From Gracilinanus agilis (taxonomy: Eukaryota): a DNA stretch of 64,000 nucleotides. A model generated the notes under the pieces. It ran no database searches and was not told the origin of the DNA. It saw nothing but the letters and a program-made list of their open reading frames with translations. Within the stretch, counting starts at the first letter, position 1; the number at the start of each line of letters is the position of its first letter. The position numbers and the translations under genes were made by a program. Location of the stretch: the NCBI RefSeq assembly GCF_016433145.1, contig NC_058135.1:278688276-278752275 (forward strand), read 5' to 3'. Positions 21,584 through 35,100 of the stretch are shown piece after piece.

Positions 21584-23365
21584 CTCTAGGGACTATCCTT
21601 GACCTAGCAACAAGTCATAAGGATTTAGAATAGCAAAAGGTCTTAGATAATAAAAAATATATATGTAGCTACCATTTAGATAGGGCTTTAACCCTGAAAG
21701 ATTGCAAAGTGCTTTACAAATATTATCAAATGTTCATCCTCACAATTACTCTTATAGGTAGGTATTATTATTATCTCCATTTTCCAGGTGAGAAAACTGA
21801 GGCACTTAAGTGATTTGCTCAAGAGAATACAACTAGTAAATGTCTAAGGTCAAATTAGACTCAAGACTTCCTGGCTCCAGGTCCCATGACCCTAGAGGTG
21901 ATCTAGTGCAACTCCTTCATTTTCTAGATGAGACTTATGAAGCCCAGAAACATTAAGCCACTTGTCTGATGTAGCCACATCAAGAGTTCCACTGTTCTTC
22001 ATTCTGATATGACCTCATGGGGCCATCATCCTGCCCTACTCCCAGAGGACTGAGCCTTCTCAACTGATCCAAAAATCTCACCTTCTGCATCAGGGGCTTA
22101 GCGCTAGATTGGAGCCACCATTTCCTCATTAGCCGAATTATCCATTCCAGCTCTTTCTGAGTTCTAGCTGCTTTTGTCAAAGAATGTTTTCTTCCTGGTG
22201 GATTTGTTGACCCAGCCAAGTCGCTGGTTTATTGATGAATATGTGTGGAGTACAATGGCGTGCCATGCTAGAGGAAGTCTTAAGGCAGAGTCCTTGATAG
22301 CCCTTTCACCAGCCTCTGGTAGTATGAGTAGAACCCCAAAGAGTTCAAGCTGGGCCATAGAGGTCATCGAGTCCTACCTTCCCATTTTACATCTGAGGAA
22401 ACTGAGGCCTAGAGATGTAAAATGACTGACTGAGATCACAGGGGCGGTAAGTGACAGAGCTGGGATTCCATGCTAGATAGATCCTCTGTCTTCAAATTCA
22501 GGCCTCTTTCCATGACTAAACCATGCTGCCTCTAGAGGGCCCAAGGACAGAGGCAAGCCGATGTCAGCATGTAGCCTCCTCTTTAACCATAAGGGGCCAG
22601 GAGAGACCTGAAGAAACTGAATTCCCTGCCTTCCTTGGAGAGGATTAGAAGGTACTTTAAGCAGCCTCTACCCAAGGACAGACTCCCAGGCTTGGTTTGC
22701 CTCTCTAGCCCAGGGGGCAGCAGTGATTCTCCATCACACTGGAGTGGGGTGTGCCTACAGCCCCAGGGGATCTCTTCAGATAGCAATGACGGCAGCCTGG
22801 AGGGAGCTATGGGAAAATGCCACAGTCTGAGTGTTGACAGCAAATGTAGAACTCACCCTGCCCCCTACCTATGTGAAAGGGTAGCCTGAGTAGGAAGGGG
22901 TGGGGTAAGGCTTTTCTGGGAAAAGATCAGGACTTCAGCAGGACTGGGAGGAGGAATTGACTTAAGGACCCAGGAAGGCTGAGGACAAGAACAGCTGTTG
23001 TTCCTATCTTTGTGCGAGGCCTGGAAAGGGGGTGACCATAGAAGGGCAGAGCCAGAGAGAACATAGAATTGAGAAGCAGAAGGGTTCTTTAGTCTGACCC
23101 TCTCCTTTTACAGAGGGGGAAACCGAGGCACAGGGAGAAGCTGCAACTAGCCCAAGGTCTAGGAGCCAGAGTTCTTAACTCCAAGTATGGTACAAATTCC
23201 ACTATATCCTAGTGGAAGAGTCCTCAGAACTTAGAGCCTCCAATAACCTTTTGTAGGTGCATCTGTGCCCAATAGGATTTAGTGTCCCATTCAATCTGCT
23301 ACTCAGAGAATGTCAAGTCCTAATATCAGTTCCCACTTCAACATAGTGTTCAAAAGTTTGAACAA

Positions 23366-23399
<34 letters not shown>

Positions 23400-23635
23400 T
23401 TCCTCAAGACAACCTCATAAAGAAGGAGTGGGCTGGCATAGTTCATAGAGCACTAGGTTTGGATTTGGGAAGATCTGGGTTCAAATCTGGCCTCCTAAAT
23501 GTGAGGCTCCTAAAGTGATCTGAACAAGTCACTTACCTCCAATTGCCTAGCTCTTAATACCCTTCTTCCTTAGGACTGATAATCAGTATCACTTCTAAGA
23601 TATAAGGTAAAGGTTAAAAAAAATAAAGCAGGGGA

Positions 23636-23819
23636 GGGGCAGCTGGGTAGCTCAGTGGATTGAGAGTCAGGCCTAGAGATGGGAGGTCCTAGGTTCAAAT
23701 CCGACCTCAGACACTTCCCAGCTGTGTGACCCTGGGCAAGTCACTTGACCCCCATTGCCTACCCTTACCACTCTTCCACCTATAAGTCAATACACAGAAG
23801 TTAAGGGTTTAAAATAAAA
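23636..23819 (+). mobile_element. Young SINE
   Basis: Full length; TSD aaaaaaataaagcagggga. Confidence 0.9.
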
Positions 23820-25344
23820 AAAAAAATAAAGCAGGGGACCTGCCCAGAGCTCCTTTCTGCTCCCCTTCCCTTTTTTGGGGTCCGCACTTCCTCATGATGA
23901 AGACCCAGGTGAGGGAATTGAGGGCACACCAAGAATAAGCATCCTGGACTCAAAGGGACCAAGATCATGTCTTGACAGCTATTCTGTCTCTAAAAATCTG
24001 CAAGGAAGAAAATCTAAACTTCAGCCACAATTCCAGTTTGCTACAGCCATTTCTAGAAAGTCCTGCTTTATGCCTCATTTAAATCCCTCCAGCTGCAATT
24101 TATTTGCTCCCCTATATGTGCCTTGCTAACCTTAAAATACCAAATACTGGCAGCAAGTACCAATACTGGAGGTAACTAGGTGGTCATCAGCTTCATCCCT
24201 GTCCTCTGGGTGGTCAGCATCTCTCTTTGGGACTTAGTCTCCTTAATTCAGCTGGATAAAGTAGAGTGCAAATGAATCCTTGGCTTCTAGCCTGATCCCT
24301 CAGTCAGCTTTTCAGCTAAACATAAGGTGGTGCAGCAGAATGAGGCTGGGGAGAGGAGAATGAACATAGCATCTGGACCAGAAGATGCAGATTCAAAATC
24401 CCATCTCTAAAACTGATCTCTCCTTGGAGCACTATGAGGAATTCACCTTGACCTCAAGTCTGCCAAATGAGGGGACTGGGTCAGATTGTCTAAGGCTCCT
24501 TCAGGCACAGCAATGAAAAGAGCTGGGGAAGAAATCCCACCTATTTCTGTTGACTACCTGTGCAACTTCAGGCAAATCAGTTCATCTCTCTTGGCCTTAG
24601 TTTCCCGATTTTCAAAAATTTTCAAAATGAGCAGGTCTTCTGCTTCTTGGCTGAGCAGCAGCGTGCCATATGGAAAATGAAGGCATTCAACTTGTCAGTC
24701 ATGTCAGACTCTTCATAACCCCATGGATAGTGTCCATGAAGTTTTCTTGTCAAAGATACTGGAGTGATGTGTCATTTCCCGCTCCAATGTGTCCCCATCT
24801 TACAGTTAAGAAAACTGAGGCAAACAGGGTTAAGTTTCTTGCCCAGGGTCACACAGCTAGTAAGTGTCTGAGGCCAGCTTTGAACTTACATTCTCCCAAC
24901 TCTGGGTCCGATGCTCTAGCCACTGTACCATCTACTTAGACAATATGGCTTCAAAGACCCTGGACAGCTCCTAATCAGTGATTTTTCTGGCACTGGATTC
25001 AGAGACCAAGACTTGTTTCTTTTCCTATTTGATTCTGCCATTTACTGCAGTACAAAGTGAGTTAAGTGCCTTCTGTGTCCAAAATATAGAACTAGGTGCT
25101 AAAGGAAACAGAAAGCTGAGGGAGCTAAGCCACAGTCCTTCACAGTTGAAAAAAAAGGACAAGACAATAACCCAGGTAACCCTAATGTGAGCAGATAGGT
25201 GGTAAGTGGATAGGGAGCTGGGCTCAGAATCAGGGAGACTCAAGATATTTCAGGTACAGAGAATAACCACAGGCTGCATAGATGGGATTGTACAGCATGC
25301 ATCTAGGAAGCAAACTTGTCTACCTTGGATTTCTGAGTCTTTAA

Positions 25345-26815
25345 AAGAAAGTAACACCATATAAGAATGTTCATCTGGAAGAACAAAAGATCAAGAATAT
25401 CAAGGGGAGTGATGAAAAAAATGTGAAAGAAGGTGGCCTAGCAGTACCAGAACTTAAATTGTACTATAAAGCAGTGATCATCCAAACAATATGGTACTGG
25501 CTAAGAGACAGAAGGGTGGCTCAATGGAATAGACTTGAGGTAAATGACCTCAGCAAACTACTGTTTGATAAACCAGAAGACCCCAGCTTTTGGAACAAAA
25601 ACTCACTATTTGACAAAAACTTCTGGGAAAATTGGAAAACAGTATGGGAGAAATTAGTTTAGATCAGCATCCTACACTTGATACCAAGATAAATTCAATA
25701 TGGATAAGTGACTTAAATATAAAGACAAATCATAAATAAATTAGGAGAACATAGAATAATATACTTGTCATATCTATGGGAAAGGAAGGAATTTGAGACC
25801 AAACAAGAGATCGAGAACATTATAAGATGTAAAATGAAAAATTTTGATTATATTAAATGAAAAGGTTTTCATACAAACAAAACCAATGCAACCAAAATTA
25901 GAAGGGAAGCAGCAAACCAGGGTGAAAAAGTTTATAACAAAACTCTCTGACAAAGGTCTAATTTCCCAGATACATAAATAACTGAGTCATAGGTACAGAA
26001 AATCAAGCCATTCCCCAATTGACACATGGTCAAGGGACATGAAGAGGCAGTTTTCAGATAAAGAAATCAAAACTATCAATAATTCCATGAAAAAGTGTTC
26101 CAAATCCCTCCTGATTAGAGAAATACAAATCAAAACAACTCTGAGGTACCACCTTACACCTAGAAGATTGGCCAATATGACGGTAAAGGAAAATAATAAA
26201 TGTTGCAGGGGATGTGGCAAAATTAGGATGCTAATGCATTGCTGGTGGAGTTGTGAATTGATCCAACCATTCTAGAAGGCAATTTGGAATTATGCCCAAA
26301 GGGCTTTAAAAGACTGCCTGACCTTTGATCCAGCCATACCATTACTGGGTTTGTACCCTCGAAGAGATTAAAAAAATGTACAAAAATATTTATAGCTGCA
26401 CTTTTTGTGTGGCAAAAAATTGGAAAACGTGGGGGTGTCCATTAATTGGGAAATGGCCGAACAAATTGTGCTTTATGTTGGTGATGGAATACTATTGTGC
26501 TTTAAGGGATGATGAACTGGAGGAATTCTACATGAACTGGAAGGACCTCCATGAATTGATGCAGAATGAAATGAACAGAATCAGGAAAACATTGTACACA
26601 GAAACTGAAACATTATGGAACAATCAAATGTAATCGACTTTGCTACTAACAGCAATGCAATGATCCAGGACAATCCCAAGGGACTTGTGAGAAAGAACGC
26701 TATCCACACCCAGAGAAAGAACTGTGGGAATAGAAACACAGAGGAAAAACATATTATTCATCACATGGTTCAATGGGTATATAATTGGGAGTTTGGGTTT
26801 TAAAAGATCACTCCA
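25345..26815 (+). mobile_element. L1 LINE, 5'-truncated (ORF2 C-terminal part and 3' UTR), degraded
   Basis: KEGGLAVPELKLYYKAVIIQTIWYW, IQIKTTLRYHLTP and CWRGCG-like motifs with stops and frameshifts. Confidence 0.92.
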
Positions 26816-26829
26816 GTTGATATATGTTG

Positions 26830-27830
26830 GGATCTCCAGTTGGGGATACAAAAAGAAGAAAAAGATAGTTCTTGCCCTTGAGCTATTCCCAATTTAATGG
26901 GAAAAACAAGAAGTAAACATATATACGTATAAACATATATATATATATGTATATATATATACAAATCAAACATATATACACACACAAAGCAAATTCTATA
27001 CAAGATGAGTAAGAAATAATTAACAAAGGGAAGGCACTAGAATTAAGAGGGGTTGGGAAAGGCTTCTGGTATAAAGTGAGATTTTCGTTGGAACTTGGAA
27101 AAAATCTGGGAAGCCAGGAGACAGAGAGAAGGGAATGGGTTCATTTCAGGCATGGAGGAGAGCCAGAGTAAATGTTGAGAGCCAAAAGGTGGAACAGTTC
27201 TTCATGGAACAACGCAGAAGCCAATGTCACTGGATTGAAGATGTCAGAGAGTAAGGCAAAGGTGGAGGGAGATGTAGATTTTAAAATTAATATTCAATAA
27301 CTCCAAAGTATAATATTTATAAAGATTTATTAATATTTAACTAGAAAGCTAGGGGAAACAAGGAAAGCTCACCCAAGCCACTCACTTGGAAGAGAGCAAG
27401 AGCAGCATTCCCCAAAACTTAAATACAATAATGTAAAAGATGCAGGTAAACAGAAAGGAAAAGGGAATTTTGGGACAAGGGAAGAATTCTGGGAAATGAA
27501 GTCTAAAAGATACAAAATTTTCACCTATACAGAGAGCAGGAACTCTAAGTTATGAAAGACTTTGAATGCCAAATAGAGAAGTCTGTAATTTGGTTCTAGA
27601 GATGAGAGGGAACCACTGGAGTTTATTGTCTGTGATGGTGGCATGATCAGACCTGAGAGATTGTTACAGGAAATGGATTATTCTGATGGTAGGGTAAAGG
27701 CCAGATTCATGGGCAGAAGCCATAGAGGCAGAATGACCTATAAGAAGGCAATGGTAGTCCATGGGGATGGTGATAAAGTCTATTCCATACAGTTGGGGAA
27801 AAAGGAGAAAATAATGCATCCAAGGTAGGC
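26830..27830 (-). mobile_element. L2-like LINE fragment
   Basis: gatagttcttgcccttgagc...ggaaggcttc...aagactttgaatgcc...gggaaccactggag pattern typical of L2 read antisense. Confidence 0.55.
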
Positions 27831-28312
27831 CTTCTCTAACAGCAGAATAGCTGAATTCAACTGAATGTTTTGAACTTTCCCTATCTACCATCTATACATA
27901 TATACCCATTCCCATCATACCTATGGCTTGCCCCTTAAGAACTACTTTTTGGACCCCCTGGACTATTTTCCTAAGCAGATCCAGATCCTGAAACCAGAAC
28001 TAAGGGAGCCTTTCCAACCCAAGAAGACCTGTCCATTCATCAGACATGTGGTTGGTTCTCTGTGGAAAATTCATGTAGAAGAAAGAGGAGTGTTATGGGA
28101 AATCACATCAAAATTTGTAGCCAGAATCTGGCCTCAGACACTTCGCAGCTGTGTGACCCTGGGCAAGTCACTTGACCCCCATTGCCCACCCTTACCACTC
28201 TTCCACCTATGGGCTAACACACAGAAGTTAAGGATTTTAAAAAAATTGTAGCCAGATCTCACTCAAAGAATTGGAGGCTAAAAATTTCATTCTGTCCAGA
28301 GGTATGAAACTC

Positions 28313-28318
28313 TTTATT
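28313..28318 (-). terminator. UBE2L6: Candidate UBE2L6 polyadenylation signal
   Basis: AATAAA on the - strand about 690 nt past the stop codon. Confidence 0.45.
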
Positions 28319-29007
28319 GAAAGAAGAGGTTTAGGGTGGTGAAATGGCCTAGGCTGATGGAGTGGCCCAAGCTGTGGATCAGGGTTTGCATATTTGTTTA
28401 AGGTCTGGGGGGTTTGTCACCTCCCATTCCATGGAGACTTCCACCTTTTTTTTCCAAAATAGTCCACCCCTGGGTGTTCTGGGGCATTCCAGGCAGAAAA
28501 TCCCCAGGAAAATGAGTGGAAAGAAAGAAGGTGCAAGTCTAGGCAGAGGTGTGTTTTGGGGTCTGACACATCATAGGTGAACTTAACAACACCAAAAAGG
28601 GAAGGAGGGGCATGTGCAGGTTTGAGGTATTCCCCTGGATTGTGAGAGTCTTCAGTGTGTATGTCTTATGTTCCCTCCACTGTCCCACCTGCCATCATTT
28701 GTCTGCACAGGAGATGTCTCACTACTGTCCTGGAATGCCCTCATCTAGATGGGGAACAGAAGGAGGGTACGGAACAGGACAAGACCACACTAGGTGATTA
28801 AGGACACACAACGGCACTGAACTGACGTAAATGCACAACGGTACAAGACCAGTAGAGTTGATTAATAATACATAACAATTAAGCCATTAGGAATATAGAT
28901 TTTGCAATTTATGCTTAAATAGGGTTAATGTGAAAAACAAGATTCCAGAACAGACTCCCAGAAGGATCCCATTTCTATCACGGTCTATCAGGAGGAGATA
29001 ATCAGGT

Positions 29008-29165
29008 TCACTGGCAGCTAGATCGATTTTCCCCAAACTGGAGAGTGTATTCCTTAGCATTCTCCATGAACTGTCTGCGGTCCTGAAAGTACAGGTTAGC
29101 AAGCTCTGGCCGGAGTGGTAGACCTCTGTTAGGATTGTTCACCAGTGAGATGAGCTCCTCTAGGA
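29008..29165 (-). CDS. UBE2L6: UBE2L6 exon 4
   Basis: ttctctccccag|tc; encodes LEELISLVNNPNRGLPLRPELANL...EYTLQFGENRSSCQ then TGA. Confidence 0.94.
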
Positions 29166-32100
29166 CTGGGGAGAGAAATGAACCAATGAATGAATGAATG
29201 AATGAATGAATGAATGAATGAATGAATGAAAAAATGTTTAAATGCTTACCATGTGTCAAGCACTGTACTAAATCTTAGGGATACAAATACAAAAGTGTGT
29301 ATTTTTTATTTATTACAAAATTATTTATTTATTTATTACAATAAATAGAAATTTATTTATTACAAATAAAAATAGTGCCTGCCCTCAAGGAGCTTTCATT
29401 CTAATGGGGAGGGCAATGCATATAAGGAAGTGCTTTGCTCTGAGAAAGAGCCAGGAGTCATAATGGAAGAAAGAAATATTGGCAGAAGAGCAGCCAGGTG
29501 ACTCCATGGATAGAGAGCCAGGTCTGGAGTTGGAAGGACCTGGATTCCGAAACTTCCTAGCTGTGTGACCCTGAGTAAGTCACCTTAACCCAGTTGTCTA
29601 GCCCTTACCACTTTTCTGCCCTAGAGCTAATACTTAGTGATAATTCTAAGACAGAAAATAAGGGTTTGAAAAAAGAGAGATTGACAGTGGAATAGCCACT
29701 GGTCACCCAATCCTTGAGGCAAGAAACCCACCATATTAAAACTCAAATCCAGCTATAGCTTTAGTGATACCTCCCCCAGAAGTCCAATCCTAGATGTTGC
29801 CTCCAAACTCACCAAATCCCAGCACCAACTAGCCCCCTTGGCCATAATGCCAAAGCCCTAACTACCTTTCTTAACCCTCTTGCCCAAAACATTCCACTAA
29901 AAATTAGTTCTCTGTTGTTGCAAAGAACTAAAAACAAATGGGATAGCCTCCAAATAGGGGAAGGGATGGTCCAACAAATTGCAGTATGTGAATGTGGTGG
30001 AATATTGTCATGCCACAAGAAACAACGAGTACAAGGCATTCGGGACAACACCAGAAAACTTTTTTATCAGTTAATTCCAAGTGAAAAAAGAAGAACCATG
30101 ATGACGATCCACTCAGTGGCTGCCATAATGAAATAGAAAACAAAAAGGGAGCCAAATTGAAATCATAGATGACATCTCATTCTGTTCCAAAAGCTTGATA
30201 ATGAACCACATTGCCCCCATTTTGGTCAAGAGTTGGTGTACTACTATTATAGAATCTTGGGTATGCTGTCAGTCACAGTCACTATGTTGGCCTGGATTGG
30301 TTAACTGTTTTTCTTTCTTAAAGTAGAGGGTTCTGAAAGAGGTGGGACAATATTGGGAAAAGGTAGTAGTAGTTTTTTTATTTGTTTTTAAACACTTATC
30401 TTCTGCCTTAGAATCAATACTATGTATTGTTTCCAAGACAGAAACAGTAAGGGCTAGGCAATGGGGGTTAAGTGACTTGCCCAGGGTCACATAGCTAGGA
30501 AGTGCCTGGGGCCAGATTTGAACCCAAGACCTCCCATCTTTGGGCCTGGCTCTCAATCCACTGAGCCACCCAACTGCCCCCAGTAGTAGGTTTTTTTTAA
30601 AGCATCAATGAAACATTTTTAAAAATAAAAAGTAAGGGGGGCAGCTGGGTAGCTCAGTGGAGTGAGAAACAGGAGGTCCTGGGTTCAAACCCAGCCTCAG
30701 CCACTTCCCAGCTGTGTGACCCTGGGCAAGTCACTTGACCCCCATTGCCCACCCTTACCAATCTTCCACCTATGAGACAATACACCGAAGTACAAGGGTA
30801 AAAAAAAAAATAAAAAATAAAAAAATAAAAATAAAAAGTAAGGCACAGTGGATAGAGCGGCAGTTTGGAGTCAAGAGGTCCTAGGTTCAAATCTGCCCTC
30901 AGATACTTTCTAGCTGTGTGACCCAGGGCAAGTCACTTAACCCCAATTGTCTAGCTCTAGCTCCTCTTGTCTTAGAATTTATATTAACTTTAAAAAAAAA
31001 GGAAAACTAGTCCAGGATCAACCAGAAATCTTTGGGTACAGGTCAGTTCAGCCCAGTTTAAGACCTGTACCTCATGATTCATTCTTGACCTGACTACAGC
31101 TTCACCTAAGACCCTTAGTTTGATTCTTACCCTCTCACATTCTCCCAGTCCCAACTCAGTTCTATGCTCTATGAGTCATCCTGCCTTGTGAGTCACTCCC
31201 CAAAGAAAGCCCAGTCCCTGACAGTTGGCAGACACCCTGGAGCCTACCTTGATGGATTTTGGTGTGGGCTGTCCAGTTGGAATTGAGGATGGGTAGGCAC
31301 ACCTCTCCATCCTCAGTCACATGGGGGTGATATATGTTGGTTAGGAAATTCAGCTGGGGAGGCCTGAAGGGGTAATCCCGTGGAAAGGTGATTCTGAACC
31401 TGAAAGCCCTGAGGTTGTAGGGCTCTTGGTCCTGTGGGGTATAGAAAAGAGAAGAAAGGCTCAGCTAGGGAGTTAATGCCATGCAGTCGAGTCTGTTTAG
31501 GATTAGAGCAGGGGTTCCCAAACTTTTTGGCCTACTGCCCCCTTTCCAGAAAAAAGTATTACTTAGTCCCCTGGAAATTAATTTTTTAAATGCTAATAGC
31601 ACTCATTCAGCAACACACACCTGTGAAATACCACCCCAGGGACTCAAGCCCAGGTTGTCTGCTTCCAAGTTCAACCTTCTTTCCATCCCTCAGGTTGTCT
31701 CCAGGCAAGCCATCACATAGTCTGAAACAGGCTACTTAAGAACTCTTAGCAAGAGTAGAAAGTTGTTAGCCAGTATGGGGAGGGAGCTGGTCCAGCCTGG
31801 CATTTAACACCCGGCTTTCTTTCTATTCTTTCCAGAATCCCCTTCACCACTGCCAGTTATTATGATGTTTATAAAGTAGCTAGGTAGCTCAGTGGATAGA
31901 GTCCTGGACCTGGAGTCAGAAAGATCCAAGTTCAAATCCAGACTCAGATACTTATTACCCATGTGACCCTTGGCAAGTCACTTTACCTCTGTCTGCCTCA
32001 GTTTCCTCCACTATAAAATGGAGATAATAATAGAGCCTGCCTCCCAGGGTTGTTGTGGGATTCGAATGAGATCATATTTGTAAAGCACTTCACAGATTGC

Positions 32101-35100
32101 CTGGCCCATAACAGTTCTTAACAAATTTTTTCCTCTTTTCTACTTGTTCCTTTCCTTTTCTCTTTCCCTCATGAGGGGTCCAAGACCTTTCTAAAGCAGC
32201 AAACTTTTATTAAGTGCTTTCTAGGTGGCAGCCACAGGATAAGATATTGGAAGTACAGGGGGGAAATGTTTCCTGCCCTCAGAGAGATTCTGAGGGACAG
32301 GGGAGACATGACATGTCCACAGACAAAGAAATACAAACTATATCGAGTTAAAAGGAGGCAGTTTCAAGGAGAAGAATTAATAACTGGGGAGATCAGAGGC
32401 AACTGAGCCTGAAAGAGAGCTTGACATCCCAAGAGCCTAAGGTGAGGAGGAAGAGCCATTCCAGGCCTGGGGAGAATCGGGGAAGAGATGGAATTGTCCT
32501 ATCCAAAGATACTGAGGCAGGAGATGGGGAATACACAATAGACCAGTTTGCCTGGAGTATAGAATACATGAGGAGGAATGACCAGCCACTAATATTATCT
32601 GGGAACCAGACTGTGAAGTGCTTCCTGTTATTAGAAGAGAATATCCTGGAGGAAATAGGGAATCATTGAAGTTTAGTGAGGAGGGGAGTAACGATTAAAT
32701 CTGTGCTTTTTAATAAGATCACTTTGACAGCTTTATACCCAAGGTTACACAGGTGGTGACTAGTAGAGTCAGGCATTGAACTCAGGTTCTCTGATGGCAG
32801 ATCCAGGACATTCTACCCAGCCCACCCCCATTCTCCGGCCTGAAAGCACTCACCGGGAGGAGGGTGGCATTCCATATGAGCACATTGGAGCCTTCACTGC
32901 TCAGGTCCTGAAGGTAAGACGGAAGGTTGTCCTGCAGCATCTCCAGCTCCTGCAGAACAAACACTGAGAAGCCCAGACAAGTGCCACCCCTCTCCCTTCA
33001 AACCCTCCATCTTCAGCAGCCAGCCTTCTCATGCCAGGGGCAGGGACAGGGCCTTCTTGGGAAGACAGAGAGAGGCCAAGCAAAGATGATCTCTAAGATC
33101 CCTTCAAGCCAGACTGCCCAGGATCGTGTGTCCCAGTTCGGTGTTCCAATTATGATTAAAGGCAGTGTGGGGTAATGGATAGAGCATTGGACTTTGTAGT
33201 ACAGAAGACTTGGGTTCAAATCCAGTCTTATCACTTCCAGACTGTATGACCTGGGACAGATAAGTCATTGAGCTTCTCGAAGCCTCAGTTTCTTTATCTG
33301 AAAAATGGCAGATAGTGATTCTTGCAGTGTCTATCTCACAGAGTTATTATGCAGCTCAAATGAAATCATATACACAAAAAACCCTGCACATTTTGAAGGG
33401 TGATAGGGTGGTATAAATGTCTATTATTATTCATTTCTTAATTAGCAAGGATCTCAGTCTATCTTGTCCAAACCATAATTAAATAAGGATCTCCTATAAA
33501 AACAATAATTAGTATTCACATAGTGCTTTGTGGGTTGCAAAAAGCTTTAAAAAAACCCTTACTTTCCATCTTAGAATCAATACTGTGTATTAGTTCCAAG
33601 GCAGAAGAGAAGAGCGGTAAGTGCTAGGTAAATGGGGGTTATATGACTTGCCCAGGGTCACACAGCTGGGAAGTGTTTGAGGTCAAATTTGAACCCAGGG
33701 CCTCCTGTCTCTAGGCCTGGCTCTCAAACCACTGAGCCACCCAGCTGCCCCAAAACCAGGACTTTTGATCTCTCTGCATCTCTTTCTCTCCCTGCTTACT
33801 CTTCCTCCTTCATAGTCAAAGTCCACCAGATAACTTCCCTGAAGTTCTTTCACCCCAACAAATTCTATTCTACACCATCAGAATAAGTCAAGGAAAGAGA
33901 AGGGTGTCCACTTGATGATGGTCTGTGGAGGCTCCCCCACTTACTGGATGTTCCAGAAGTCCCTCTTCCTCACCCACCCTTTCTTCTACTCCCAGCACTG
34001 CACTTAGAGACAGGAACCCAGAAGCAATTCACCTGCTACAATTCAGAGAGCCAGCAAGCACTAGATTGGATTGAATCTCACTTCAGATTCCTCATTGTTC
34101 CCTCCTCCATTCTGATGCCTGATGTTCAGGGTACTGAAGACCTGGACCAAGACTGCCACAGATACATGGAACAATGGCAAGAATATTGGATGTGGAATGA
34201 GAAAAATGGAGGCCCGACTCCCAGCTCTACCACTTACTGGCTGAACAATAAAAAACAAAACCCTCTTCCTCCTGGGAACACAGCTTCGTCATCTATAAAA
34301 TCAATGAGTTAGGGGGCAGCTGGGTAGCTCAGCAGATTGTGATCCAAGCCCAGAGCTGGGAGGTCCTGGGTTCAAATCTGTCCCCAGATACTCCCTAGCT
34401 GTGTGACCCTGGGCAAGTCACTTAACCTCCATTGTCTAGCCCTTACCCCTCTTCTGTCTTGGAGCCAGTACATAGTATTGATTTGAAGGTAAAGGTTTAA
34501 AAATTTGATTGAGTTAGACGGATTGGCCTCAGGTCCTTTATAGCTCAAGATTTGGGTTTCTATGATTTCCTGATCTCCCTCTGGCCCTCATTTTGTTTAT
34601 GTGAAAACGAAGGGATTTGTTTCCCCAATAAAATATAAGCTCCTTGAGGGCAAGCATTTTTATCTCCAGTGCTTAGCATCTAACTGTCAATTATTTTATT
34701 TGAATGATGCACTAATTAGTTATTGATTAATATATCTGGCACTCAACTGTCAATTGATTGATTTGATTGATGTATTAATTAGTTATTAATTATCAATTGT
34801 TTGATTTTTTTGGAAAGAAAATGAAAGTTCTAAAGTCAACGAAATCTATAGTCCATGCTCTCCCATAGACTCACTGTGTGACCTCAAGAAAGTCATTTCA
34901 GAAAGCTATAAAACTATGTATCCCCTCAGACCCAACAATACCACATTGTTGGGTCTACTTTCCGAGGAGATCAGGGAAAGAGGAAAAGAACCCATCTGTT
35001 CTAAAATATTTATAGCAGCCCTCTTTGTGGTGGCAAAGAACTGGAAATTGAGAGGATGCCCATCAAGTGGGAAATGGCTAAACGAGTTGTGATATGGTCG

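Noticed and set aside
28798-28928. TTAA-flanked segment with one piggyBac-like end (AGGG-TTAA) in the UBE2L6 3' UTR
   Set aside because: The other end lacks the matching CCCT, and TTAA recurs several times in this AT-rich stretch.
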